Positions 21,818 to 33,732 are shown, numbered from the stretch's first letter. The stretch is DNA of 64,000 nt from Planktothrix sp. GU0601_MAG3 (GCA_035193785.1 CP136572.1:3956578-4020577); one strand, 5' to 3'. Notes: generated by a model from the letters alone, not told the origin. Translations and numbers: made by a program.

Positions 21818-21960
21818 GTAGTAAGCCCTTTAGGGCTTCTTCCAACATCAAAGTAGTAAGCCCTTTAGGGCTTCTTCCCAAGGATTATGCAAAAAATATA
21901 AGTTAGATAGATGCCGTTGGTAATTACTTTTACCGGATTAAGCCCTAAAGGGCTTACTAC
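21818..21960. repeat. GTAG REP-like hairpins GTAGTAAGCCCTTTAGGGCTT: two direct copies and one inverted copy
   Basis: Copies at 21818-21838, 21853-21873 and inverted 21940-21960; relatives at 42070-42090, 47725-47745 and 60110-60156. Confidence 0.8.
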
Positions 21961-22009
21961 TGGGTTCTATTTTAACCGATAATTTTTGGATTGTTTTTTT
22001 TGTTAACAA

Positions 22010-23798
22010 ATGGCTATGAATAATTTACAAGCTGATGTTTTAGTAGTTGGAGGCGGAACCGGAGGGACAGCCGCCGCCATTCAAGCCGCCCGTCGGGGGG
22101 CAAAGACTATTTTAGTTAGTCAATGGTCAATGTTAGGAGGAATGTTAACTTCTGGGGGCGTTGTTGCACCGGATGGCAATGAATTAGCAGCCTTTCAAAC
22201 CGGAATTTGGGGGGCATTTTTACGCGAATTAAACCACCATCAACCCGAAGGTTTAGATAATGCTTGGGTGAGTTTCTTTACTTATCATCCCCAAATTGGA
22301 GCGAATATTTTTGCTAATTGGGTTAAATCAGAATCCAATTTATTATGGATACCTGAAGAACAACCTTTAGAAGTTATCAAAAATGGGAATATTATTACAG
22401 AAGTTAGATTTAATTCCTGTACTATTCATGCTAAAATTATATTAGATGGGACGGAATTAGGCGACCTTTTAGAACTCGCAGAAATTCCCTATCGTTGGGG
22501 ATGGGAACTACAAGACCAATGGCAAGAACCCAGTGCCCCAATTGAACTATCAACATTAATTAAAAATACTCCGGTTCAAGCTCCCACCTGGGTTTTTATC
22601 ATGGAGGATTTTGGAGAAGGTAACACAGCACCAGAAATTCCCATTCCCCCAATTCATACCCCGGAATTATTTACTAATGCTTGGAAAAATTATGATATAG
22701 AATCCTTTCTTAATTATGGTAGATTACCTGGTAACAAGTTTATGATTAACTGGCCAATCCAGGGAAATGATTATGACCAAAACTTAGATAGGTTAATCGG
22801 TTCAAGCTCCGAAAGGTTGCAATTCTGGCAGGAAAGTTTTTACCATAGTCTAAGTTTTGCCCGATTTATTCAAACAAAATTAGGCAGAAGATATGGGTTA
22901 GCAACGGGAATTTTTCCTGTGGAAAATCGACCTAATTTTAATATTAATCCTGATATTTTATCCGCTTTTGCCCTCCATCCCTACTATCGAGAAAGTCGTC
23001 GGATTCAAGGATTAACAACAATTCGAGAACAGGATATTTTACCTGTAGAAAAGGGTTATATTGCTACCTTACCTTTAAATGAAAGTGGAGAATGTGAAGC
23101 GATCGCCATCGGAAATTACGCTAACGATCATCATTATACCCAATTTCAATTAACCCTGCAACCTAAAAGTTTCCGTTGGGGAGCCCGGTGGACAGGAAAC
23201 CCCCTTTACAATTCCCTATCGAGCTTTAATTCCAATTAATACCGAGAATTTATTAGTCTGTGAAAAAAATATTTCCGTTTCCCATATTGCTAACGGTGCG
23301 ACCCGTTTACAACCTTTAGTTTTAGGGATTGGACAAGCGGCGGGAATGGCGGCAGCTTTGTGTATTGAACAGGGAATACAACCCCAAGAATTATCCGTTA
23401 GAACCTTACAAAATGCCCTATTAACTGATAGTATTGCCCCGCAAGCAGTTATTCCTTTATTTAATTTACCTCCCGATCATCCCGATTGGTTAGACTGGCA
23501 ATATTATTATTTAGATCATCCCGAATTATATCCGATTGATGGTTATTGTCCAGCACCCTCAAACCCCCGTCATCCTGCTAAAGATAGTTACCCCTTCGAG
23601 GGTATTTTCCAGGGTCAGAGTCACCAAGACTATAGTTTTACCCCAACTCAAGGACAGTTTACGGGTCAAACCTGGAAATTAGTTACCCTATACCCCGAAA
23701 TTAACCAACAATTACAAAATATTCCCACTCCTTCCCCCCTAAAAGTTTATGGGCGTTTAAATTTCTCCGGTCAGTGGTTAATTTTAGAGGGGTTATAG
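22010..23798 (+). CDS. FAD-dependent oxidoreductase
   Basis: DVLVVGGGTGGTAAAIQAAR and YYRESRR. Continues after an extra A at ~23198 as WTGTPFTIPYRAL...SHIANGATRLQP. Confidence 0.88.
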
Positions 23799-23887
23799 CC
23801 GGATTTTAAAAAACTTTTCACAGTTATCCCGATCTAAATACTAACGGTTTGTATAAATAAGTGGACAGACTCACACGGACACTTTAT

Positions 23888-24115
23888 ATGCAAACCTATA
23901 CATCTTTAGTTTTATCAGTTTTTTTATCGGTTGGTCTAACTGCTAATGCTTTAGCGGTTAATTCTTCTTCTAATCAATTATCAGAAATTATTACCGACTC
24001 ACAGTTACTTTCAGCCCGCACTGGACTCAATGGCCCCTATGAACCCGACCGAGGTGGCGGACGTCGGGATTTCCGAGACACCTCCCACTCTAATCATGTT
24101 AACGCTGAACTCTAA
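23888..24115 (+). CDS. patX: PatX-like secreted peptide (RGxGR motif)
   Basis: 75 aa with a signal peptide (LVLSVFLSVGLTANALA) and GPYEPDRGGGRR; lies directly downstream of the FAD oxidoreductase and has its own terminator. Confidence 0.7.
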   Translation: MQTYTSLVLSVFLSVGLTANALAVNSSSNQLSEIITDSQLLSARTGLNGPYEPDRGGGRRDFRDTSHSNHVNAEL

Positions 24116-24147
24116 CCATTGAAAACATTGATATTTTTTGATCACCG

Positions 24148-24189
24148 AAACCCCGGCTTTTCCCCTGAGAATAAAAGCCGGGGTATTTT
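24148..24189 (+). terminator. Intrinsic terminator
   Basis: ACCCCGGCTTTT...AAAAGCCGGGGT followed by ATTTT. Confidence 0.75.
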
Positions 24190-24265
24190 ATCGGCTTTGT
24201 ATATTTTCTGTCTATATGATTAGAATTAATAAATAAGTTTTTTCCTAGGATATATTTGATCATTT

Positions 24266-24509
24266 ATGCCTAACGCCCCTGCTATTGTCACCAGTTTTAT
24301 TCTGGCTTTTTGGATCAGTGCGATCGCCATTCTCGCCGTCCAAAACGCCACACCGATTTCCCTGAGATTCCTATTTTTCGAGTCGGTTTCAACTTCCCGT
24401 CGGTGTGATTCTCGCCTTTAGTCTTTCCCTCGGACTTCTGGGTGCAGCCCTATTTAAACCCATTACCCAATTAGGACTCACAACTCAAAACCCAAAAATC
24501 AGAAAATAA
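24266..24509 (+). CDS. LapA/DUF1049-like small membrane protein (missing from the ORF track)
   Basis: MPNAPAIVTSFILAFWISAIAILAVQNATPISLRFLFFESVQLPVGVILAFSLSLGLLGAA..., after removing one T at ~24388. Confidence 0.75.
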
Positions 24510-24804
24510 TTAGTAGTTAAACAAAATAAATTACTTAGTTGAGAGAGGGAATAGGGAATAGGGAATAGGGAATAGGGAACACCGGAGGAAAAGAAAATAG
24601 GGAATAGGGGATAGAAAAAAGTGATTAGCCACCCAATCAAGTATTTGTAGCAAACATTTAAGGATTTCATATAATTACCACTCCCCCACTCCCCTGCTCC
24701 CCTCCTACTCCTACTCCTCCCATACTCCCCCTGCCCTCCTGCTCCCCCTGCCCCCCCCTGCTCCCCCTGCCTCCCCTGCTCCCCCTGCCCCTCCTACTCC
24801 GTAA

Positions 24805-25599
24805 CTACTTCAATGGCCACCAAGAAACCTTATCCCGAGTGGCACTATAGGTTTCTTTCAGTCCTTGGGGGTCAATGACTCGAATAGTATCTTCCGAGGA
24901 ATCATTGGATTTTGCCGCTTCAATTAATTTAACTTTTTGCATTCCCTTGAGAACTTGTTCCACGGTGCGGTGGTTTAACTGACAGGAACGGGCGATCACA
25001 TCAACGGGTAAATCAAAGGTATAAACCCCATCGGATTGTGGTTGACTTCCTAAACTGCGTTCTTGATAAACCAATGCTCGTAACAGTGCCGCCACGGCTT
25101 GAGGGGGATAGGAACTGCAATTGAGCAGATGATACTGAAATTTTTCCCGCAGTTCAAAGAATTTATCATAGCGTTCTTGTACTACTTGACTATCCTGATA
25201 AATCGCCTTTAGGGTATCCAGGGGTAGTTTAATCACATCGGTAGTTTTGTAAGCTTCAACTAAACTAGGAAACGCCCGACTCATCTGGCCAAAACTAAAA
25301 GGTAGATTTCTCATCCCAAAACACCCACCCGGATAACTGATGGTGATAATCCGGTCTAGGGGCGTACTCCGAGTAATAATTGGCCCGCCACTAACAATAA
25401 TGTAGAGAACATCTAAAAAAATATTAGGACGAAAAGCCGTATATACGGGACGGCTAGAATACAGCTTTTCTATAGCCAGGTCACAGGGAAGGTACTGGGC
25501 CAGCCAGTTAATCTCCAAGTCTCGGAACAGGTAGTTACTCTGAATCAAAAGTTGTGCTAACTCAGCGACGGTTGCTGAAGATGCTTCTGCTGCTGCCAT
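24805..25599 (-). CDS. Crp/Fnr family transcriptional regulator (CysR-like position)
   Basis: cNMP-like LYIIVSGG..PGGCFG and C-terminal HTH (VIARSCQLNHRTVEQVLKGMQ); divergent from the sulfate operon. Confidence 0.75.
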   Translation of the reverse strand: MAAAEASSATVAELAQLLIQSNYLFRDLEINWLAQYLPCDLAIEKLYSSRPVYTAFRPNIFLDVLYIIVSGGPIITRSTPLDRIITISYPGGCFGMRNLPFSFGQMSRAFPSLVEAYKTTDVIKLPLDTLKAIYQDSQVVQERYDKFFELREKFQYHLLNCSSYPPQAVAALLRALVYQERSLGSQPQSDGVYTFDLPVDVIARSCQLNHRTVEQVLKGMQKVKLIEAAKSNDSSEDTIRVIDPQGLKETYSATRDKVSWWPLK

Positions 25600-25782
25600 A
25601 TTATCTTTCCCTACTGTCCATATATATCTTGACATGGCAAAGGCATTTGATTACAAACAGAACTCTCCAAATTTTGTAATGCAGATGTATTGAAATTCAA
25701 TCTAACTTAGTATAGAATCCAAAGGCAGTCGAAAATAAAAGACTGTGTAAATAAATTACAGACGAATTTCAGGAGTGTGATA

Positions 25783-26899
25783 ATGCGAATCAGTTCACCT
25801 TTACCCCCAAAACGTTTCTCTGCGAAGTTTATCGGTTGTGTCTTGACCGGACTCGCCCTCAACTCAATGGTGGTAGCTTGCTCCTCACCCAACAACACCG
25901 CCAATAACCAATCTCCTAATACCGTGAATACTCCTGCACCCCAAGCCGCCCAATCGGACAAACCGATTAAACTCACCCTCGTATCCTACGCAGTGACTAA
26001 AACTGCCTATGAAAACATCATTCCTAAGTTCGTGGAAACAGTGGAAAGCCCAAACCGGACAAACTGTAGAGTTTGAACAAAGTTATGGCGGCTCCGGCTC
26101 CCAAACCCGTGCCGTTATTGATGGACTTGATGCCGATGTGGTGGCTTTAGCCTTAGCCGGAGATACGGCCAAAATAGAAAAAGCCGGACTCATCCAACCC
26201 GGTTGGGAACAGGAACTTCCTAATGAGTCGATTGTCCATAAATCCGTCGCGGCGTTGGTGCTTAGGGATGCGAATACCAACATTAAGGGATGGTCGGATT
26301 TGACCCGGGATGATGTTCAAGTAATTACCGCTAACCCGAAAACCAGTGGTGGAGCTAAGTGGAATGTCCTGGCTTTGTGGGGTTCCGTCACCCAAGCCGG
26401 AGGCACTCCAGAAGCAGCCCAAAGCTTTGTAGAAAGTGTCTTTAGTCGAGTTCCGGTGCTGCCAAAAGATGCCCGGGAAGCCAGTGATGTCTTCTATAAA
26501 CAGGGTCAGGGCAATGTCTTAATTAATTATGAAAACGAGGTGATTTTAGCGTCTCAAAAAGGGGATAAACAACCCTATATTGTGCCGACGGATTATAACA
26601 TTTCCATTGATAATCCCGTGGCTGTTGTTGATAAAAATGTAGACAAACACGGAACCCGTCAAGTGGCAGAAGCTTTTACCAAATTTTTGTTTACACCGGA
26701 AGCTCAAAAAGAGTTCGCTAAAGTCGGATTCCGACCCGTTGAATCCACAGTTGAAGCGGAATTTGCCAGCCAATTTCCTAAAGTTGAAAAACTGTTTACC
26801 ATCAAAGATTTAGGAGGTTGGAAAGAGGTAGATACTCAGTTTTTTGCTGATGGTGCAATTTTCGATCAAATTCAAGCCAAAATTGCCCAATCTAAATAG
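25783..26899 (+). CDS. sbpA: Sulfate ABC transporter substrate-binding lipoprotein
   Basis: Lipobox VVAC; QSYGGSGSQTRAVIDGL, NPKTSGGA and NYENE motifs. Extra A at ~26037. Confidence 0.93.
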
Positions 26900-26955
26900 A
26901 TATTGATTCAGGAGCCTTGCTCTGAAATTCTAGTCATTTATTTGAGGAGATTAAA

Positions 26956-27283
26956 ATGTCTTTAAATTCCCCAAAGATTGATCAAAATAATACAGATTTA
27001 TCTGTATTAAATACTAGAGAAAAGTATCAATCTGATTCCCGAATTCGAGTTAGGATTCCCAAGGAATACCACCAAGAAACCCGTGATTTCCCGCCTAGCT
27101 TCTGATTATGGTTTGCAAGTTAATATTATCGGAGCAATTTTAGGTCAGAATGCCCGGGAAGATGGTTGGTTTGATTTGCTACTGAAAGGAACTCCCCAAC
27201 AAATTGATAGTGCCATGATTTATCTTTCAGATCTGGATATTGAAATTTGGGGAGATTCAAAATCAGAAGTAGATGGTTGGTAA
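26956..27283 (+). CDS. NIL-domain small protein
   Basis: RIRVRIPKEYHQEPVISRLASDYGLQVNIIGA..GWFDLLLKG; GAGGAG RBS. Extra A at ~27078. Confidence 0.8.
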
Positions 27284-27327
27284 AAAAGTTAAGTAAATCC
27301 CTGTTACTCGTAGAGGATTAAACATTA

Positions 27328-28200
27328 ATGGCGACTTCTGTAGACCCGTTTAAACCCCACAAACCAGATTTTAACAACCCGTTGAAAGAACTTGGGATGC
27401 GGTTTTCTTTTCCTTGGGTTTTTACTTTTTCCTATCTAATTCTTATGTTAATGTTGCCCTTTGCGGCATTAATTGGAAGTGCGCTGATGGTATCTCCCCA
27501 AGAGTTCTGGAAAATTGCCTTTAGCCCCATTGCCGTGAGTGCTTATAACGTTACTTTTGTCACCGCTTTAGCCGCCGGGGCAATTAATGGAATTATGGGA
27601 ACTTTAATCGCTTGGGTGTTAGTTCGTTATACCTTTCCAGGGAAAAAATTAATTGATGCCGCCGTTGATTTGCCCTTTGCTTTACCCACTTCTGTCGCTG
27701 GTTTAGTCTTAGCAACAGTTTATAGCAATAATGGTTGGATTGGACAACTTTTTGTCCCCTTTGGGATTAAAATAGCCTTCACCCGTTTAGGGGTTTTTGT
27801 TGCCATGTTGTTTATTTCCTTGCCCTTTGTGGTGCGAACTTTACAGCCCGTTATGCAGGAAATGGAACGGGAAATTGAGGAAGCAGCTTGGTCATTAGGT
27901 GCATCTCAATTCCAAACTTTTATTAGGGTTTTACTGCCCCCATTAATGCCTCCAATTTTAACCGGAATTGCCCTGGGTTTTTCCCGGGCCGTGGGAGAAT
28001 ATGGTTCGGTAGTAATTATTTCTTCTAGTATTCCCTTTAAAGATTTAATTGCTCCGATTTTAGTATTTCAACGCTTAGAACAATATGACTATGTAGGTGC
28101 GACGGTCATTGGTAGTGTCTTACTGGTTTTTTCATTGTTCTTGTTACTACTAATTAATGCACTCCAACAGTGGGGACGACGTTATTCTCTGAACAGTTAA
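27328..28200 (+). CDS. cysT: Sulfate ABC transporter permease CysT
   Basis: [18 protein letters not shown] and EAA loop [10 protein letters not shown]. Confidence 0.93.
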   Translation: MATSVDPFKPHKPDFNNPLKELGMRFSFPWVFTFSYLILMLMLPFAALIGSALMVSPQEFWKIAFSPIAVSAYNVTFVTALAAGAINGIMGTLIAWVLVRYTFPGKKLIDAAVDLPFALPTSVAGLVLATVYSNNGWIGQLFVPFGIKIAFTRLGVFVAMLFISLPFVVRTLQPVMQEMEREIEEAAWSLGASQFQTFIRVLLPPLMPPILTGIALGFSRAVGEYGSVVIISSSIPFKDLIAPILVFQRLEQYDYVGATVIGSVLLVFSLFLLLLINALQQWGRRYSLNS

Positions 28201-28229
28201 GATTTTAACCCCTTAATTATTTACCATTT

Positions 28230-29070
28230 ATGTCATCCATTTCTGTAAAAAATCAGGTTCAGTCTGAGTCTTTCCCTTGGGTTAAATGGCTGCTAATAGG
28301 TATTGCTTTACTCTATCTAGCTTTGGTTTTATTTATTCCAGCCATAGCCGTTTTTTATGAAGCATTCCATAAAGGAACCCAAGAATTTATCATTGCTATC
28401 AATAGCAGCGACTTTCAAAAAGCAATGCAACTTACCCTGATAATTGCATTGATTGTTGTTCCCATAAATACTCTATTTGGACTCTGTGCCGCTTGGGTGA
28501 TTGGTCGAAATCAATTTAGAGGTCGTACCTTATTAATTAGTATTATTGACCTGCCCTTTGCCATTTCTCCCGTGGTAGCTGGGTTAATGATTGTGCTGTT
28601 ATATGGTCGCAATGGTTGGTTTGGGCCAGCCTTACAAAACCTTGATATTAAAGTGTTATTTTCCCTCCCCGGAATGGTACTAGCCACACTATTTGTTTCT
28701 TTACCTTTTGTCGCCAGAGAAGTAATTCCAGTTTTAGAAGAATTAGGTTCGGAAACAGGAAGAAGCCGCTCGCACTTTAGGCGCCAACGATTTCCAAATT
28801 TTCTGGCGTGTTACCCTCCCCAATATTAAATGGGGTTTGCTCTATGGTGTTCTATTAACTAATGCTAGAGCTATGGGGGAATTTGGAGCGGTGGCGGTGG
28901 TTTCTGGACTAATTGCCGGCCGAACTTTAACCTTACCAACCTTTGTAGAACAGGCCTACAAAAATTATCAAACCGAAGCCGCTTTTGGTGCCGCCACCAT
29001 TTTAGCCTTACTCGCTTTAGTAACTTTAGTTCTCAAGGAGATATTAGAGAGAAAAACCAGTCACGGATAA
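28230..29070 (+). CDS. cysW: Sulfate ABC transporter permease CysW
   Basis: DLPFAISPVVAG and NARAMGEFGAV. Extra A at ~28753 (corrected SEQEEAARTLGA). Confidence 0.92.
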
Positions 29071-29098
29071 ATTAATTGATTACAAATTAGAGATCACG

Positions 29099-29186
29099 AA
29101 TTGTTTTAATCATTCCTAAATTCGTAATTCGTAATTGTTTTAATCATTCCTAAATTCGTAATTCGTAATTCGTAATTCGTAATTCT
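29099..29186. repeat. 34-nt direct duplication plus (AATTCGT)n
   Basis: AATTGTTTTAATCATTCCTAAATTCGTAATTCGT occurs twice in tandem. Confidence 0.8.
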
Positions 29187-29196
29187 TAGAGGTACT

Positions 29197-30241
29197 ATGG
29201 GTATTATCATTAACAACGTTTCTCAAGTATTCGGTGATTTTCAAGCCTTAGATAATATTAACTTGAAAATTAAAGATGGAACCTTAGTCGCATTATTAGG
29301 GCCTTCCGGTTCAGGAAAGTCTACTTTATTAAGAGCGATCGCCGGATTAGAACCCCCTACTGGTGGACAAATTATTATCAATGGTCAAGATACCACCCAT
29401 TTAGATGTCCGACGCCGCAATATTGGATTTGTCTTCCAACATTATGCCCTGTTTAAACATCTAAATGTCCGCCAAAATATCGCCTTCGGTTTAGAAATTC
29501 GCAAACATCCGCGACACAAAATTAAAGCCAGAGTTGAGGAATTATTAGAATTAATTCAGTTAACTGGATTAGGAAATCGTTATCCCTCTCAACTATCTGG
29601 CGGTCAACGTCAACGGGTGGCCTTAGCCCGGGCTTTAGCGGTACAACCCCAGGTATTATTACTTGATGAACCCTTTGGGGCCTTAGATGCCAAAGTTCGC
29701 CTAGAATTGCGGGGTTGGTTACGTCAACTGCACGATGAAGTCCACGTTACTAGCGTTTTTGTCACCCATGACCAAGAAGAAGCCATGGCCGTAGCCGATG
29801 AAATTGTGGTGATGAATCATGGCAAAATTGAACAGGTGGGAACCCCCTCAGAAATTTATGATCATCCCGCCACACCCTTTGTGATGCAATTTATCGGCAC
29901 AGTTAATGTTTTGCCGCGTCATACCACACTATTTCAAGATCTGCATTTAGATTCTACTGCGGCTAATATTTTTGTTCGTCCCCATGATCTGGAATTGCAC
30001 ACAAATAGCGATCAAGAACTCAGCACAGTTGCTCAGGTCAAACGGGTGACTCATTTGGGCTGGGATATTCAAGTGAATTTAATCCTGGCTGATGGAGGCG
30101 AAATTGTTGCCCATTTAAGTAAAGAACAGTTTAGCAAACTGCAACTTCAATCCGGTGATCAAGTTTTTGTTCAGCCCAAACGCGGATATAACGGCGATAC
30201 CTGCGAAATTTTATTAGAAGAAACCCGCCGCAGTCCACTAA
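29197..30241 (+). CDS. cysA: Sulfate ABC transporter ATP-binding protein CysA
   Basis: [27 protein letters not shown] and a TOBE region. The true end is probably EEPAAVH* (extra A at ~30222); the track ORF runs on to 30315. Confidence 0.92.
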
Positions 30242-30564
30242 AACCCCCAATCGCCCCAACCGCCTTCTATCCCTTCTCTATACCAGAGAGGGGTTTTTTA
30301 TTTAGGCAAAGATAATCAGAAACCGGAAATTTTACAAAAAGTAACGATAAGGCTAAAACCACTTGCCCAACTGTCACATACATTACATAATTGGATTCCG
30401 CCTTTCGGCGTATAGGCAAGGAAGATTTTGATAACGGGGAAAAAACTGGAACAATTTCTCCTGTAAAAACTGATTTTACTAGAGATACTGATCATATCAA
30501 GATCAATCCTATCCTACTTCCAAAAATCCGATGTAATCATTACACTAAAGTAGAGGTTGACAAC

Positions 30565-30885
30565 ATGAAAATCATTCAAGGATATAACCCGTTACAGCCT
30601 GCTTCCCCACTAAAAATTCGTAAAGCTAGTGGTGTGACAATTGTTGAGAAATCAGGTGATCATCTCTATGTATTGCCCGATGAAAACTATAATAAAGCTG
30701 TAACATATCTTAATAAAATTGGCTATTTTGATATTAATAATTGGGCAGAACAAGCAACTGATTTAGATGGCTTTTACTTTATTAATGCCATTACCAAAAC
30801 AGGAAACTATTTGGGTTCAGAATGGAATGATATTATTTTAGGACTTAAATTCAGAGGATTGGCGACTTACGTTTCTACTAATTAA
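30565..30885 (+). CDS. Hypothetical protein (106 aa)
   Basis: Open frame from an ATG preceded by GAGG; no recognised motif. Confidence 0.55.
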   Translation: MKIIQGYNPLQPASPLKIRKASGVTIVEKSGDHLYVLPDENYNKAVTYLNKIGYFDINNWAEQATDLDGFYFINAITKTGNYLGSEWNDIILGLKFRGLATYVSTN

Positions 30886-31031
30886 TCTCTGATTTAATCC
30901 GTTTAACTGGAGGATTTATCCTTTAATTCTTAACGGTTTACCCATCCCGATAATCATATTTTTACTAAATCATCCTGATTCTGAATCAACGGGTCTGTAT
31001 AGATTACAAGTTGACCTGACCGGATGGAAGC

Positions 31032-31236
31032 ATGAACAAGGTATTATCGGGAACATCTATTGATATCCAGGGTATCGTTAGCAAAATTTACGCCACAGGT
31101 AAAATTACCCGCGCCGACCAAAACGGGTTAATGACCTTGGTTTTTTCTGACCAAGTTTCTAGGGTTGCGCGAATGCCAACAAATCAGTGAAATTATCAAT
31201 CGTTTAAACAACGGATGGTTAAAAGTCATAGATTAA
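31032..31236 (+). CDS. Small cyanobacterial hypothetical protein (missing from the ORF track)
   Basis: MNKVLSGTSIDIQGIVSKIYATGKITRADQNGLMTLVFSDQVLGLRECQQISEIINRLNNGWLKVID after removing one T at ~31157; resembles small proteins with KITRxDQ and G.LKVVD motifs. Confidence 0.65.
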
Positions 31237-31272
31237 AAACAATCCTATTCAGATATTTATACAGGAGTAAAT

Positions 31273-31986
31273 TTACTCAATTAAAAAACTATCTATCTCA
31301 TCAATAAATTTTTTGAGTTGTTTTATACTTTTAGTTAAATGCAAATACAAAAATTCATAATTAAGATAGTTTATAATATCTTGCGATTGTTTTTCACTCT
31401 TGTCATAATTACTACCTATTAACTGATAAATTTCCTGTAAGTCTTGAGCAGGATGTGGTCTTTTTTCAATATCTATACTTCTTAGATCAAAACCACATTC
31501 TTGCATGATAAAATCTGGAGTTAAACGATTATCTATCTTAGCAAAATAATGCCATTCTGCTAAAAACCAGGCTTCAATCTCCATCACAGCTATATTGACA
31601 GAAATTGGAATCCCTATTTTATTTAAAGGTTTTAAATTTCCTCTGATTCCTTTTTCTATTTCTTCCTTTTTATCCAAAGGATGGGGGTATAAATCCCTAA
31701 GCCCTATGATCTTTTGATAACCATTTTTCGTTAGACTTTTATGTTGTTTTCTTATATCAGAAACCACCTGAGAATCAGTACCACAATCATATAAAAGAAC
31801 AAAAAAAGAGGCATCTTTTACTAGACTTAATTTAAGGGGTTTAAGAATACGATTAGATTTACTTCCATCAAATTTATAAGTTTCAATAGATATGTTTTTA
31901 TATCCAGCAATTTCCTGAAATAGCCTTTCCACAAAAATCTGTTCCGTCTGTCCTTCAACAAAACAAGCAATTTTCTTCGGGGTCAT
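31273..31986 (-). CDS. DUF4276-like TOPRIM-fold protein
   Basis: N-terminal FVEGQTE, GLRDLYP and AVMEIEAWFLAE. Confidence 0.7.
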   Translation of the reverse strand: MTPKKIACFVEGQTEQIFVERLFQEIAGYKNISIETYKFDGSKSNRILKPLKLSLVKDASFFVLLYDCGTDSQVVSDIRKQHKSLTKNGYQKIIGLRDLYPHPLDKKEEIEKGIRGNLKPLNKIGIPISVNIAVMEIEAWFLAEWHYFAKIDNRLTPDFIMQECGFDLRSIDIEKRPHPAQDLQEIYQLIGSNYDKSEKQSQDIINYLNYEFLYLHLTKSIKQLKKFIDEIDSFLIE

Positions 31987-31989
31987 CTT

Positions 31990-33175
31990 TTATTCTTCCC
32001 CGGAATCAAATTCTTTTTGTAAGACAAATTTACTGGTAAAAAAATCAAAGTTATTTAGTCCAATAAACTCAAACTGATCAAATTTATCTTTTGAGTTAAA
32101 AATGTTGTGTAATTTTGCACTACCCGGCTTTCGTTCAATATATGACCAATATTCTAAGGGAACACCATTCATAATAAACTCATCATTGGTAGTCATAATC
32201 AATTGAACTAATCCTGTTTGAGCTTTTTCAATCAAAATTTTAATCATAGAAGAAGACCTTTCATAATCTAAACCTTCTCCAATATCATCAATAACAATAC
32301 AACTAGGTTTACTCAATAGTAAAGAGTAGTTAATTTGAATAAACAATGATAGAGAGCGAAACATTCCTTGTGACATTTCCGATTGTTTCTGTAACAGAGC
32401 TTAAATCTTCTTCTTGAACATATAGAAATTGTGGCAGGTTATCTGGATTATCAAGTGAAGAAATATCGGGATTGATTAAAGATGGTACTTTTGTTCCCAT
32501 ATCTGATAGATTATAACCAATTTTTTTCATGTCGCGGATAATTGCTTGTATAAAGTTATCACCAATCTCCTTTTTACCAAGCACAAATATACCCACAACA
32601 TAATCAGAATCTTTGAAGTTAGTCTTGGTTTTTAGTAAGTCTATTGTTGGCGGAATACGAGCGATAACATTCTTACCGAGTTGGGAGCCAAACTCATAAA
32701 ATCTTAGGGAATTAGACCATTGATATAAATTTTCTAAAAATGGATGTTGAATAGAGTCTCTACGCTTGACTGCGGCCAGTTCTGTTTGGGGAGTTTGAAA
32801 CCGAATTTTTTGCTTAATTTCTTTAGCCCAAATACTACCTTCACCTGATTCATCTCGGCTCAATAATTCTTTGTCTCCTATCAATAATTTTTCTTGAATT
32901 ACAAGACCTTTCTCTATTTTTAATCTGTATTCTGTTTTTTGTTCTGGCTTATCAGTATCAAAAAACAAATGCCATTCATCGCTTCTTGGCTGTGGATCAA
33001 GAGTCCCACTTTCTGATAATAATTCTGATAGAATATATATAGCTTTTACAATTTTTGACTTGCCACTAGCATTCTTACCTACAATCAAATTTGTTTGGCT
33101 TAATCGACATTCTTCTACTCGCCATTCACTATCTTTATCTCGATTATACAGATATTCAAAAATGTCTAGCTTCAT
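31990..33175 (-). CDS. ABC/AAA_21-type ATPase
   Basis: Walker A LIVGKNASGKS, signature EMSQGMFR, Walker B IVIDDIGEGLD and QLIMTTN. Extra base at ~32386. Confidence 0.85.
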
Positions 33176-33700
33176 AAATTTATTACCGTTTATCACCATA
33201 CTATAACAGAAGTTTATATTTTTTATTCCATTTCTTCTGTTGTAAACAGCTTTTTTTATTTTTGGGCTTGTGATTGCATAAACAATTAAGAAATATTAAA
33301 CTGTGTGAATTTTAGTAAATTTGGGGCAGCGATCGCAAAATTCATGCTAACTTAATAAATATAGGACACCACTCAACAAGACGCAAATGTTGATAACAAC
33401 CCCACCGGATTAAATGCTCGTGTCCGTTCCGCTTTAATCCCATTGCAACGCCGTCAGTGGCACTGTGAACTACCAAACAGTTGATATTGTAGAGGGTCAA
33501 GAACTCGCCTGGAGCTTCAAAACGATAAGGATTGGGTTGGCTTTGGGGTCAATATCAGAACAAAGGTCTGTATCGACTTTCCTAGTGCAATACTTCTGAT
33601 TGGAAAAGTTGCAATCCCTTGTCCACCTTAGTTTAGTGTTTTGCTTTTTTCGTTAACTTATCTGAAATTTGCTTGAGTCAACTTAGTTTGTTTTGTAACC

Positions 33701-33732
33701 TTAAGGTCTGGTCATCCTGTACCAGACCTTAA
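33701..33732. terminator. Perfect hairpin TTAAGGTCTGGT-N8-ACCAGACCTTAA
   Basis: 12-bp perfect inverted repeat. Confidence 0.65.

Noticed and set aside
21818..21873. Mini-CRISPR (two direct repeats)
   Set aside because: The spacer is only a few bases, and the same hairpin occurs dispersed and inverted, so it is REP-like.
23798..23803. DIF1-like (TCCGGA) promoter element upstream of the patX-like gene
   Set aside because: Only GCCGGA is present (one mismatch), with no convincing partner element.
25783..30241. Functional link between the sulfate operon or McrBC island and the inferred phosphorothioation
   Set aside because: No dnd/ssp genes or recognisable sulfur-binding domain in the window; proximity alone is not evidence.
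33361..33484. 40-aa peptide (DTTQQDANV...) or c-di-GMP-I riboswitch (GACGCAAA)
   Set aside because: The frame is preceded by TAG rather than ATG and is not at a GAAC site. The upstream GGCAAAC/GAAA tetraloop elements of the riboswitch are absent.
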